Below, piece by piece: positions 11,761 to 23,913 of a stretch of 64,000 nucleotides of DNA. This DNA comes from Hemiscyllium ocellatum (lineage: Eukaryota): assembly GCF_020745735.1 (NCBI RefSeq), contig NC_083435.1, positions 36,419,090-36,483,089 of the forward strand, read 5' to 3'. Both the position numbers and the translations under genes were made by a program. A model generated the notes under the pieces. The model had not been told where the DNA came from. It saw only the letters and a program-made list of their open reading frames with translations, and searched no databases. The stretch's first letter is position 1; each line of letters opens with the position of its first letter.

Positions 11761-12079
11761 TGTAATGTGTCAGGGGTGCATGTAGATGCATTGCACAGCC
11801 TTCTCCTTGGAAGACCCATGATCACTGTATTGCAGTCTGTACTCAAACCTCATTGTTGTTTGGTGCAACCATTCAGGCATCACATGACTGAGAAGCTGTA
11901 CTATTTCTAATATTTCCCACATCGAATCATCACAACCATCCAGAAAGGGTCCAGCAATGAAGATACTAGTGTTTTTTTGGCATTGTCCAAAGACAGAACA
12001 GAAAAATTCAGGTGCTAGAAAGCTAAGAGCGAGTCTCAGGCCAGAATAACATCCAGCAGCTATCAAGAATGGCTAAACA

Positions 12080-12490
12080 GGTTTAACCTGTATTCATTCG
12101 GGTTTACTAGAATGGGAGGTGATAGTATTGAAACATACCACATTTTGAGAGTGGGTAAATGTTCAGAAGGCATTTTCATTAATTGGGAATCTTGAACAAG
12201 GGGGCATAGTTACAGAAAAATGAGACACTCATTTCGAATGGAGGTGGAAATGAATTTCTTCTCCCAGAGGATGGTGAATGTCTGGAATTCCCTATCCCAG
12301 AGATTTACAGAGGCTAGAATACTGAAAACATTTAAAAAGTGGAGGGAGATAGGTTTTTGAAATAGTAGGTAGCTGAGGGTGATGAGGAGATGAGACCTGA
12401 GACAGATCAGCTATGACCTTGTAAATGACAGGCCAGGCTGAAGAAGGGGCTAACTGCTTCCTGCTGCTCCGATTTCTCATATTCTCGTGA
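12080..12490 (+). mobile_element. Degenerate CR1 3' fragment
   Basis: CAAGGGGGCATAGTTAC..TTTCTTCTCCCAGAGGATGGTGAATGTCTGGAATTCCCTATCCCAG. Confidence 0.7.
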
Positions 12491-13636
12491 AATCAGGTCT
12501 AAGTCCCCATTCCCCTTCGGGCCTTGTCAGTAATGTAAAGCACCATCAGCCAGACTGATGGAGTGCAGCTCTGTGTATGTTATCGGCTGCCACGGAGTAT
12601 GTACTGGCCCAGAGTCTCCATGGCAACTGCTAAACTCTCCATGGAGACAATCAGACACATGGTATGTAGAGCCAGCCCAGAAAAACTAACATCGATGGAC
12701 TCTTCTAACCTTCAATCCAATGTCTCTGAACAAACCTGCCCGCTGCTGCTATGCCTGTACAGTTTAGTGAAATCATGACTGACCAATCACCTGCTCCCTG
12801 GGACTGAGCAGGCACTCAGTCTCTGACCATCCTCCAAATGCCAGGGGCCTGGGCTGTTCCTTCCACAACCCACTGCAGAGACGTGCCAGAGATGTGCCCA
12901 CCAGAATGTGGGGCTGTGTTAACGGGAGAAAGAGATCCCACTGCAGTGAATGTTACTCACCTGGTGGGGAGTGGGAGAGGGGGTTCAGTTGGTGCACCCT
13001 CTGAGGGTGTAGTGACGCCTCCCCAGCAGTGGAGGAGGAGCTGACACACGGAGGGGTTTGCCTCTTTGGGTGGGGGCTGTGTGGCTGCTGCCTGTAAAAG
13101 GGAAGAGTGGGCATTCATTGTCCAGTAGGTTTGTGTATACTAAGATGTTGACAGTGCTGGTGATGGATGTACAGAGCAGTCCAGCTTAATGTAGCTCACT
13201 GGGTCACCAAGACATGCAGCTATCAGTATTTCCACATGAATGGTTACACTCCTCTCCAGCAATGTCGAGGGTCTTCTCCACTTTGGGACTAAGGAGTCAA
13301 ACGGTGGTGAGCTGTCTCTCCCACCTTGGTTTGGTCAGCCTGAAGGTATGAGAAATTCTCCAGCAATGTGACAAAGAAAGGGAACACCAACTTAATATTT
13401 CCAATCTGATGTGACTCTTTTTTGGAACTCAGCATTCGGAACGGAATTACGAAGATGAGCCAGACTGAACTCAAAATGTTCGGTCTGTGTTTCTGTCCCC
13501 ACAGATGTTGCTTGACCTGCTGAGTTTCTCCAGCACTTTCTGCTTTTATTTCAGATCTTCAGCAGCTGCAGTGTTTTGCTTTGGTTTGAGGCAAAGGGAG
13601 GGATTGAGTCAGATGACAATGCATGGAGGAGCAGTT

Positions 13637-15640
13637 CATAAGACCATAAGACCATAAGACATAGGAGTGGAAGTAAGGCCATTTGGCCAATCGAGTCCAC
13701 TCCGCCATTCAATCATGGCTGATGGGCATTTCAACTCCCCTTACCCGCATTCTCCCTGTAGCCCTTAATTCCTCGTGACATCAAGAATCTATCAACCTCT
13801 GCCTTGAAGACATTTAGCGTCCCGGCCTCCATTGCACTCTGCGGCAATGAATTCCACAGGCCCACCACTCTCTGGCTGAAGAAATGTCTCCGCATTTCTG
13901 TTCTGAATTGACCCCCTCTAATTTTAAGGCTGTGTCCACGAGTCCAAGTCTCCTCTCCTAACGGAAACAATTTCCTAGCGTTCACCCTTTCCAAGCCATG
14001 TATCATCTTGTACGTTTCTATTAAGTCTCCCCTCAATCTTCTAAACTCCAATGAATACAATCCCAGGATCCTCAGCTGTTCCTCGTATGTTAGACCAACC
14101 ATTCCAGGGATCATCCGTGTGAATCTCTGCTGGACACGTTCCAGTGCCAGTATGTCCTTCCTGAGGTGTGGGGACCAAAACTGGACACAGTATTCCTAAT
14201 GGAACCTAACCAGAGCTTTATAAAGTCTCCATAGCACAACAGTGCTTTTATATTCCAACCCTCTTGAGATATGTGACAACATTGCATTCGCTTTCTTAAT
14301 CACGGACTCAACCTGCATGTTTACCTTTAAAGAATCCTTGACTAGCACTCCCAGATCCCTTTGTACTTTGGCTTTACGAATTTTCTCATCGTTTAGAAAG
14401 TAGTCTATGCTTTTATTCTTTTTGCCAAAGTGCAAGACCTCGCATTTGCTCACGTTGAATTCCATCAGCCATTTCCTGGACCACTCTCCCAAACTGTCTA
14501 GATCCTTCTGCAGCCTCCCCACTTCCTCAGTACTACCTGCCTATCCACCTAACTTCGTATCATCGGCAAACATCGCTAGAATGTCCCTAGTCCCTTCATC
14601 CAAATCATTAATATATAATGTGAACAGCTGTGGCCCCAACATTGAACCCTGCAGGACACCGCTCGTCACCGGCTGCCATTCTGAAAAAGAAACTTTTATC
14701 CCAACTCTCTGCCTTCTGTCAGACAGCCAATCCTCAATCCATCCCAGTAGCTCACCTTGAACACCATGGGCCCTCACCTTGCTCAGCAGCCTCCCGTGTG
14801 GCACCTTATCAAAGGCCTTTTGGAAGTCTAGATAGACCACATCCACTGGGTTTCCCTGGTCTAACCTACTTGTCACCTCTTCAAAGAATTCCAACAGGTT
14901 TGTCAGGCATGACCTCCCCTTACTAAATCCATGTTGACTTGTTCTAATCAGACTCTGCTCTTCCAAGAATTTAGAAACCTCATCCTTAATGATGGATTCT
15001 AGAATTTTACCAACAACCGAGGTTAGGCTAATTGGCCTATAATTTTCCATCTTTTGTCTTGATCCTTTCTTGAACAAGAGGGTTACAACAGCAATCTTCC
15101 AATCATCCGGGACTTTCCCTGACTCCAGTGACTCTTGAAAGATGTCAATCAATGCCTCCACTATTTCCTCAGCCACCTCTCTCAGAACTCTAGGATGTAT
15201 CCCATCGGGGCCAGGAGATTTATCAATTTTAAGACCTTTCAGCTTTTCTAGCACTTTCTCTTTTGTAACGGCAACCATACTCAACTCAGCCCCCTGACTC
15301 CCTTTAATTGTTGGGATATTACTCATGTCTTCCACTGTGAAAACTGACGCAAAGTACTTGTTAAGTTCTCCTGCTATTTCCTTATCTCCCATTACTAGGC
15401 TTCCAGCATCAGTTTGAAGTGGCCCAATGTCTACTTTTGCCTGTAGTTTGTTTCTTATGTATTGAAAGAAACTTTTACTAACATTTCTAATATTACTGGC
15501 TAGCCTACCTTCATATTTGATCCTCTCCTTTCTTATTTCTCTCTTTGTTATCCTCTGTTTGTTTTTGTAACCTTCCCAATCTTCTGATTTCCCACTGCTC
15601 CTGGCCACTTTATAGGATCTCTCTTTTTCTTTAATAGATT
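13637..15640 (-). mobile_element. CR1 LINE, 5'-truncated, ORF2 RT broken into three ORFs
   Basis: ORFs 14541..15725 ([45 protein letters not shown]), 14196..14522 and 13731..14114. The 3' tail is (GTCTTATG)3, seen on plus as CATAAGAC x3. Confidence 0.95.
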
Positions 15641-16065
15641 TCCATGACAATGCAAGAGCAGGAGAGGTGGTGAAATATCCCCAGTGAGGGAGTAAGAAAC
15701 ACAGAGGGCAGGTAGGGTTAGTCATTTAGGAGGATGAAGTGGGTGAGAGTCAGTGAGAGATAATGCTATGAATAATGGTGACAGTTGTAAACCATGAGCC
15801 TTTTGAGCTTCCTGTGCAATGATTATGGAGAAGCAGAGTGAAGGTGGTGGCACTCACACCAGCAGAGTAAAGAATATCAGCAACTTTCTTCCAGCACTGC
15901 TGTGCCTTTATATGATTGTACAAAGTGGAACTGACTTGGGTGACTGCATTAATCCAGGCTCCCTGGATCTGGGGGCAAGGCCTCCTTTATCAGTCAGCAG
16001 GATACATCACTGCCCTCCTCTCTACTGTCTAGTCCCCCAGCAAAGGATTCTGGGTAATCCAAGAT

Positions 16066-16412
16066 GGAGGACAGGAAAGCTTTCTGGCTGTAAGAGCTGC
16101 TCCTTTTTGTGAAGTATTTTAGGTGTTGGAGGTGATTTTCTCGAATTCCAGGAGCAGCAATTACTGTTTTATTTGCTGTTGCATTGTTTTGGAACTTTGG
16201 GGGGAAAAAAAGTCAAAACAACAGCAGTTTTTAAAGGGAGAAGAACAGACAAAGGAAGCACATGGTGAGGACATTGCAGGGGGGAGGGAGAGAGAGAGAG
16301 AGAGAACCTGCACAGTACTGCCTTTGCTGAATTTGAATTCATGTGTCGCTGGACATCGGAGTGCGTCTGGGAAAATTAACAAACAGTGAATTTCACAACT
16401 AAACTTGGAGGA
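16066..16412 (+). repeat. Unclassified dispersed repeat (possibly LTR-derived); inverted homolog at 46025-46393
   Basis: ATCCAAGATGG..GGCTGTAAGAGCT..TGCATTGTTTTGGAACT..AACAAACAGTGAA aligns with the reverse complement of 46025-46393. Confidence 0.7.
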
Positions 16413-16416
16413 ACCT

Positions 16417-16626
16417 GTTAACTGCCAGAGGATGTGGTGGAGGCTGGTACAATTGCAACAATTAAGAGGCATTTGGATGGGTATATGAAAAGGAAGGGTT
16501 TGGAGAAATATGGGCCGGGTGCTGGTAGGTGGGACTAGATTGGGTTGGGCTATCTGGTCGGCATGGATGGGTTGGACCGAAGGGTCTGTTTCTGTGCTGT
16601 ACATCTCTATGACTCCATGACTCTCT
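16417..16626 (+). mobile_element. CR1 3' terminal fragment
   Basis: CTGCCAGAGGATGTGGTGGAGGCTGGTACAATT..GGACCGAAGGGTCTGTTTCTGTGCTGTACATCTCTATGACTCCATGACT; near-identical to 43710-43910. Confidence 0.9.
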
Positions 16627-17104
16627 AACTCCAGGTCCCTGTCAATGAAGCTTCACATCCTCATTGGAGCAGAACAGTGAGAGGGCAGTCTCAGGCTTCG
16701 AGGTTTTGAAGTGTTGGGGAACTGGATGTTAAACATGACTCCAGCATCGAAGCAACTCAAGGCCCCTGTGCAGTGGTAATTATCTCCGGTAAGATCCGAA
16801 AGCCCAAAAGGACATCTAACTGTTAATTAATGAACAGCAAAGCATAGAATTGTACAACATAAGTCACCGTGGGTTATGGTGGGAAATTCATCAAGAAACC
16901 TCCGGAAAGCTATACACAGCTTCAAAAGGAGAAGCTTCAGCCCCGTAACCTGTTATTGATCATCTCCACTTCCTTATCTCTGAGGTATTTAATTTAGAGA
17001 TCCCCATCTCTTTTCATATTTCCTCCTGGATTCATATCGTCCATTCTGTTACAAGTGACCCCTCTATTCTATCGGCATGATCTCTCAATTGGAGCCAGTC
17101 AGTT

Positions 17105-17730
17105 TGTATGCCGTCCGGCCGAGCAACTGACCCAATCCCAGGGCCCTGGGAGACACTCCTGAGACCAGCCCTTATACCACCCCCCCCCCCCACCCCGTCT
17201 GACTCTTACCCGTGGCAGATCGAAATAGTCGAGACACACAGATGAGGTTCTCAGTGAAGTTTATTCAACCTTGCAAGATCGGGTGTGCGGTCCCGCTGGC
17301 ACATACACACTGAGTTAATTACAGCCATAACATTTATACCTGGTCTTCTTTGCTTATGAGTCATAACTGCGCGCTTGTAAACTCTTGCTAATGCGGTTCC
17401 ACAATTACAATACGACCTTTGTAATTACAATATCTTGTAAACTCTTGCTAATGTGGTTTCGCAATTACAATACGACCTTTGTAATTACAATATCTTGTAG
17501 ACTCCTGCTAATGTGGTTTCGCAATTCAAGTAGTTTTCTCCCTATCAGCCGTTTTCAGTTACTGTGGTTTCTTTGTCTTGCAAAAGCACTGCTGCCTCCG
17601 CCAATGCCCAACCTTGATAGTTAACCCTTAACTGCAGAAATTTCATCACCCTCATCGATTCTGTAATATGGGAGAGTATTGATCTCCCCCCTTTATGTAT
17701 GAATGGACACTGAGACCCCGTGAGATGACA
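17105..17730 (-). mobile_element. Solo-LTR-like element containing a 60-bp tandem duplication
   Basis: TG..CA termini, minus-strand TATAAA (about 17333) then AATAAA (about 17258), CpG-rich, and about 2.5 copies of a 60-bp unit at 17374-17526. No convincing target-site duplication. Confidence 0.4.
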
Positions 17731-17814
17731 GAATTCCCCAACAATTCTCCTGGAGGATCACAACCACCTGACTGGATTCTTACTTGCACAATCTCAAATC
17801 TGTCCCCAGGGGAG

Positions 17815-18125
17815 TTGGTGGTAACTTGGTACTGTCACGAGATTTGTAATCCTGAGGTTTAGGTTAATGTTCAGGGGACACATATTCAACTTAACCAAAG
17901 CAGCTGGTGGAATTTAAACTGCAAGAATAAATCTAGATTCTGAAGCTAATCTCGGTTGTGGTGACCATAGCAATTTTCATTGTTTTAAGAACCTATCTTT
18001 TCAGAAAGGAAATGGCCATCCACACCCAGAGTAGCCAAAATATGATTCCTGACTGACCTTCTTAATGGTCCTTAAACTATCCAGTTGGAATAGTCCGGGA
18101 TGGAGAGCAAATGCTGCCTTATATG
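17815..18125 (+). mobile_element. Degenerate Deu-domain-type SINE (SacSINE1-like)
   Basis: tRNA-like head, GGTGGAATTTAAA, GAAAGGAAATGGCCATCC; same family as 53105-53434 and 59010-59400. Confidence 0.4.
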
Positions 18126-18184
18126 TATAATGTCTAAAGAGATGTAAATCTCCTGATCTTCATTCCCAGTGATCATAATTCTGA

Positions 18185-18660
18185 AAGATTGAACATAGTT
18201 ATTGGTAAGGATAAGGCTGGTCCTCAGGTGAAAGGGCGAAACTGGGTAAAGGATAATTCCAAACGGATTTGGCAGGAATTGGAGAAATTAGATTGCGGGG
18301 GACTGTTTGATGGTCAATCCACATCTGACATGTGGGAAGACTTTTTAAGGCCAGTTGATCAGAATTCAAGACCAGCCTGTTCCTGTGAGGATGAAAAATA
18401 AGGATGACGAGATTTGGGAATCCCGGATGATAAGAAATATTGAAAGATTAGTTAAAAATGAGAAGCAAAGCATGTTACGTTTAAGAAACGTTTAAGATAT
18501 CAGACAAAGCAGTTGAGAAGATAAAGGAAGTATAAAAGTATTTAAATAAGGAATTAGGAGCAATAAAAGGGGCCATGAGGTGTCCTTGGCAATCAGGATT
18601 TAGGAAAATCACAAAGCATTTTATACATATATTAGAAAGTGAGCAACTACGGAAAGGGCA
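18185..18660 (+). mobile_element. Degenerate CR1 ORF2 fragment (endonuclease-RT linker region)
   Basis: ORF 18189..18401 (NWVKDNSKRIWQELEKLD..STSDMWEDF) and AAGGGGCCATGAGGTGTCCTTGGC..AAAGCATTTTATACATATATTAG. Confidence 0.6.
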
Positions 18661-19840
18661 GTGTGGGGGTTAATGGGGTGGGTCATCTACAGAGAGCCCA
18701 GTATGGGGGTTAATGGGGTGGATCATCTACAGAGAGCCCAGTGTGGGGGTTAATGGGGTGGATCATCTACAGAGAGCCCAGTGTGGGGGTTAATGGGGTG
18801 GGTCATCTACAGAGAGCTCAGTGTGGGGGTTAATGGGGTGGGTCATCTACAGAGAGCCCAGTATGGGGGTTAATGGGTTGGGTCATCTACAGAGAGCTCA
18901 GTGTAGGGGCTAATGGGGTGGGTCATCTACAGAGAGCTCAGTGTGAGGATGAATGGAGTGGGTCATCTACAGAGAGCCCAGTATGGGGGTTATTGGTTTG
19001 GGTCATGTACAGAGAGCCCAGAGTGAGGGTTAATGGAGAGGGTCATGTACAGAGAGCCCAGTGTGGGGATTAATGGAGTAGATTGTGTACAGAGAGCCCA
19101 GTGTGGGGGTTAATGGAGTAGATTGTGTACAGAGAGCCCAGTGTGGGGGTTAATGGAGTAGATTGTGTACAGAGAGCCCAGTGTGGGGGTTAATGGAGTA
19201 GATTATGTACAGAGAGCCCAGTGTTGGGGTTAATGGAGTAGATTGTGTACAGAGAGCCCAGTGTGGGGATTAATGGAGTAGATTGTGTACAGAGAGCCCA
19301 GTGTGGGGGTTAATGGAGTAGATTGTGTACAGAGAGCCCAGTGTGGGGGTTAATGGAGTAGATTGTGTACAGAGATCCCAGTGTGGGGGTTAATGGAGTA
19401 GATTGTGTACAGAGAGCCCAGTGTGGGGGTTAATGGAGTAGATTGTGTACAGAGAGGCCAGTGTGGGGGTTAATGGAGTAGATTGTGTACAGAGAGCTCA
19501 GTGTGGGGGTTAATGGAGTAGATTGTGTACAGAGAGCTCAGTGTGGGGGTTAATGGAGTAGATTGTGTACAGAGAGCCCAGTGTGGGGGTTAATGGAGTA
19601 GACTGTGTACAGAGAGCTCAGTGTGGGGGTTAATGGAGTAGATTGTGTACAGAGAGCTCAGTGTGGGGTTTAATGGAGTAGATTGTGTACAGAGAGCCCA
19701 GTGTGGGGGTTAATGGAGTAGATTGTGTACAGAGAGCTCAGTGTGGGGGTTAATGGAGTAGATTGTGTACAGAGAGCTCAGTGTGGGGGTTAATGGAGTA
19801 GATTGTGTACAGAGAGCTCAGTGTGGGGGTTAATGGAGTG
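18661..19840. repeat. 40-bp G-rich minisatellite, about 29 units, two variant blocks
   Basis: GTGTGGGGGTTAATGGGGTGGGTCATCTACAGAGAGCCCA (about 10 units) changes to GTGTGGGGGTTAATGGAGTAGATTGTGTACAGAGAGCCCA (about 19 units). Confidence 0.98.
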
Positions 19841-19849
19841 GGGTACATC

Positions 19850-20700
19850 TTAAGATCAGCCAAAATAGGAACAGAAGGAGGTCATTCGGTTCCTCCTCCA
19901 TTCAATACGATCGTGGTTGGTCTGACAATCTTCACATTAAATTTGTTGCCTTTTTCACATTACTCTTAATCTCATCCTGATCAAGAAACTATCTCAGCCT
20001 GAAAAACCCACAAGGATTCTACCCCACAGTTGTCTGTAGCAAGGAGTTTCAAACTCCCCAAAGCCTCTGAGAAAAGAAATGTCTCCTTAATTTAAATTGG
20101 AACCCCTTTCATTCTGAGACAATACCTTTTGAGTCCTCAGCTCTCTCTTGAGGGAAACTTTCTTTCAGCATTGATGATGTGAATCTCCTTAAGAATGGTA
20201 CATGTGACCATGTGATCACCTCTCATCCCTCAAAACTGCAGGGAGAAGAATCCCAACCTGGTGAAGCTTTTCTCATAAAACAATTCTTCCATACCAGGGA
20301 TTATCCCAGCAAACCTTCCCTAACCTGCCTCCAAATCAGTGATATCTTTCCTTAAATCAGGGATCCGAAACTGCTTACCCTGCTTCAGTGATCCCACAGC
20401 ACTATGTACAGTTGCATTTAGACCTCTCAACTCTTCGACTCCAAGCCCCTTGAAACAATGGCCAGTATTCCATTTACCTTCCTGATTACCTGCTCTTCCT
20501 GTGTGCTCGCTTTCTGTGTTTCCTGCACAAGGATCCCTTAGCGTTCTGCAGTTTTTCTCCATTTAACTGATATTGTGTTCTTTTGTCCCCCTTCCAAAAT
20601 GAATACGTTCACGTATTCCCACGTTGTACTCCTTTTGTCCACTTATTTATTCTTTTGATATTTCTCCATCAAGTCTATATCGCAACTTGCTTTCTCATTT
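19850..20700 (-). mobile_element. Degenerate CR1 3' fragment
   Basis: Reverse complement of CR1 RT C-terminal and 3' UTR sequence (AAGAAATGTCTCCTTAATTTAAATTGG, TTCCATACCAGGGATTATCCCAGCAAACCTT). Confidence 0.65.
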
Positions 20701-21224
20701 CATGTTCATGGGAGATAATGGTTGTGTAGAGAGCCCAGTCTAGGGGTTAATAGAGTCGGTTATACAGAGAGTCCAGTCTTGGGGGTTAATGCAATGGATG
20801 TGAAATGAATCATCTCAGACTGCCTCCATGTGAGCTGATTGCAGTTCACTGCTTAATTCATCAAGAGGATCCGTCCACACAGACCCTACTGCTGTTCACC
20901 ATCATGTCAAAAGGAGCATTAAGCTTGAACCTTATTAAAAGTGGACATTTAAACAGCCATCAGTTGAAAGAGTTACCGAAAGCCTTGGAATCATAGTTCA
21001 GTGAGTTAATGTACTTTTATGAAGAGAAATGACTCCTCCACAGTGGGAGGACGAGGCTGATGTGATTTCACAAACTGAGGGGCAAAGTGAATATTTTCAT
21101 GAAGACAAAGGAAAAAGCTGCTTCTGACCTGAGTGAGAGCAAGTGACTGTGACACTGGGCAGTACCTGCCTGACCTCAGTGTCACATTGCAAGTTCCTAA
21201 TCATCCTCATGTTTTTGCAAGGTT

Positions 21225-22075
21225 TGTGAAGGTTTGTAGCTCAGGTTGAGGTTTAGGGTGTAGGTTTGCTCGCTAAGCTGTAGGTTTGATATCCTGACGT
21301 TTCAGTACCTGGCTACGTAACATCATCAGTGGCGACCTCCAAGTGAAGCGAAGCTGTTGTCTCCTGCTTTCTATTTATATCTTTCTCCTGGATGGGGTTC
21401 CTGGGGTTTGTGGTGATGTCATTTCCTGTTCGTTTTCTGAGGAGTTGATAGGTGGTATCTAGATCTATGTGTTTGTTTATGGCGTTGTGGTTGGAGTGCC
21501 AGGCCTCCAGGAATTCTCTGGGATGTCTTTGCTTAGCCTGTCCCAGGATAGGTGTGTTGTCCCAGTCGAAATGGTGTTTTTTTTCATCCGTGTGTAGGGA
21601 TACGAGGGAGAGAGGGTCATGTCTTTTTGTGGCTAGCTGGTGTTCGTGTATCCTGCAGCACAGATGAATTTCAGAAAACAGAGGAGAACCATCTATACAA
21701 CGTATTCAAGAAGAACGGATACTCAAAAAATACAGTGCGCAGATTCCTCAGGAACAAACCACGACAAGCAGACCAAACACAGCCAGAAACCCTAACCACC
21801 TTACCTTACTTCAAAGAAATTTCAGAAATGACAGCCAGACTACTAAGACCCCTCGGAATCCTAGTAGCACACAAACCCACCAACACTCAAACAAAAACTA
21901 ACAAACTTTAAAGACCCAATACAACCCATGGACAAAACCAATGCCATCTACAAAATTCCATGTAAGGACTGCCACAAACACTACGTAGGACAAACAGGAA
22001 GAAAGTTAGCCACCAGGATACACGAACACCAGCTAGCCACAAAAAGACACATCCCTCTCTCCCTCATAGCCCTGC
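21225..22075. mobile_element. Penelope-like element (second family) with internal inversion
   Basis: Plus 21656-22075 encodes LPYFKEISE..NAIYKIPCKDCHKHYVGQTGRKLATRIHEH (GIY-YIG). Minus 21655-21225 continues from RIHEH to the 3' end, with a hammerhead-like motif at 21292-21333. Confidence 0.88.
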
Positions 22076-22309
22076 GAATCCAGCTCAGATTAGATTTAAG
22101 CTGCCACATCCAGTCCTGATGGCAGTGACTAATTCAGCAACTCACTGGCAGAGGAGACTGTACAAATATCCCATTGTCAATGCTGGGGGAGGCCAGCACA
22201 TTAGCTGCTGCCTCCGATGCCTTTGTCAATGCTGGGCAGGCAATGAGTTTCCTTCCTTATTTTACACTTTGATAAGTTTGACCTTACTCATGAGACTATT
22301 CAGTGATTC

Positions 22310-22690
22310 TTTATTTGTTCAAGGATGTGGATGTCACGGGCAAAGTATGTATTTGTTGTTCATCATAATTGTCCTTAATTGAGTGACCATTTCAGAGGAC
22401 AGTTCAGAGTCATCCCCATCTGTGTGTATCTGTAATCACATACACGACAGGCTGGGTGAGGATGGCAGATTTCATTCCTCAAAGAACAGTAAAGATTGAA
22501 GATATCTTTTTCCCACAATTGGCATCCGTAGTAATTTGTCACCATTCTGATACCAATTTTCAATAGCAGTTTTTATTAATTGAATTTAAATTCCATCCAT
22601 TAAATCCTGTCAGTTTTTAGCCTATATCCCAGAGAAGTATCCTGGGCTTCTGAGCAATTAGTCCAATGATATTAGCACTTCACCAGTGTC
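22310..22690 (-). mobile_element. Degenerate Deu-domain-type SINE
   Basis: GGATGGCAGATTTCATTCC and TTATTAATTGAATTTAAATTCCATC match the 53.1 kb and 59.0 kb copies. Confidence 0.45.
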
Positions 22691-23587
22691 TCCAAAAACA
22701 GGATAAAAACATTACTATCCAGGTCGTAATGCTGCTTATTGATTGGAGACACCCCAAAATAAACGGACAGTTGGAAGTATAACTTTTCAGCATCTTTCTG
22801 GGACTTGGAGGATGATTAGTGTGCCCCTGGTCATCACAGCTGCTTTCATCATTTTTTATGTGTTCGAACATCGTGCCCTCTCTTCCCAGTGAAACAGCCC
22901 AGACCCTCTTTAATCTCTAAGAAAGAAAACACCCAGGTTTGTTGTCAGACAGATGTCAGACAGGTCTCAGTTTCACCTTACCTTTGTCATACCTTAAACA
23001 CACAGTCCCAAACAGTTGTAAAGTTATAAATCTGATGATAAATGGGACTGGCAATCCGTGAGAATAGCATGTGGTGGGATATCCCATGCAGGAATATTGT
23101 AGAATTACCTCGGGCATGCAGCAGATGAACAGCCCAGTGAATGCAGTTAGTTCAGACCAGTATTTGTGCTCCACTTGAGCCTGTCTGGAGATCCCTTCTC
23201 ATCATTTTTGGTCAATATAGCCCTCTATACTCTTCTTCTTTTGATTGTCTTTTAACTTCCTGCTCAGTGCATCTGTGCTGCAACCACTCCCTGTGGAAGG
23301 GAGTTCCTTATTCCTGCCACTATCTGGGTGAGGAATGCCCTGTCAGATACCTTGGTGATGAGGGAATATTGACATCCTCTTATATTTCTTTTCCCCAAAG
23401 TGGAATTGTTTTTCTCAGGATCTAATTCATCAAACATTTTCAGAATTTTAAAGACCTCTATTAGATCAACCCTCAGCTCTTTTCAATAATAAACAAACAC
23501 AGCTTGGTCTTCCTTGCCTGATTTGCACATCCATGTGAATCTGGCATTGTCCTTGTAAACTGTCTCTGCAAACTCTCCATCCATTTC

Positions 23588-23913
23588 ATAGAATCCTTCC
23601 AGTGTGGAAACAGGCCATTCAGTCCATCAAGTCCACACCAACTCTCTGAAGGGTTCCTCAGCCAGACTCACCTCCCCCCACCCAACCCTATCATCCTGCA
23701 TTTCCCAGGGCTAATCCACTGACCTTGCACACTCTGGGCAATTTATCATGGCCAGTCCACTTAAACTGCATATCTTTGGTCTGTGGGAAGAAACCACAGC
23801 CAGCCCACACAGACACAGGGAGAAAGTGTAAACTGCCACCAGACAGTCACCCAAGGTGGAATTGAGTGCTCTGGCACTGTGAGGCAGCAGTGCTAACCAC
23901 TGCACCACCATGC
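23588..23913 (-). mobile_element. HE1-like V-SINE
   Basis: AGTGTGGAAACAGGCC tail through GGCAGCAGTGCTAACCACTGCACCACCATGCC head, reverse complemented. Confidence 0.85.

Noticed and set aside
18661-19840. Regular 40-bp (and 8.4 kb) arrays as CRISPR
   Set aside because: No unique spacers, no cas genes, and a vertebrate context; these are simple tandem repeats.
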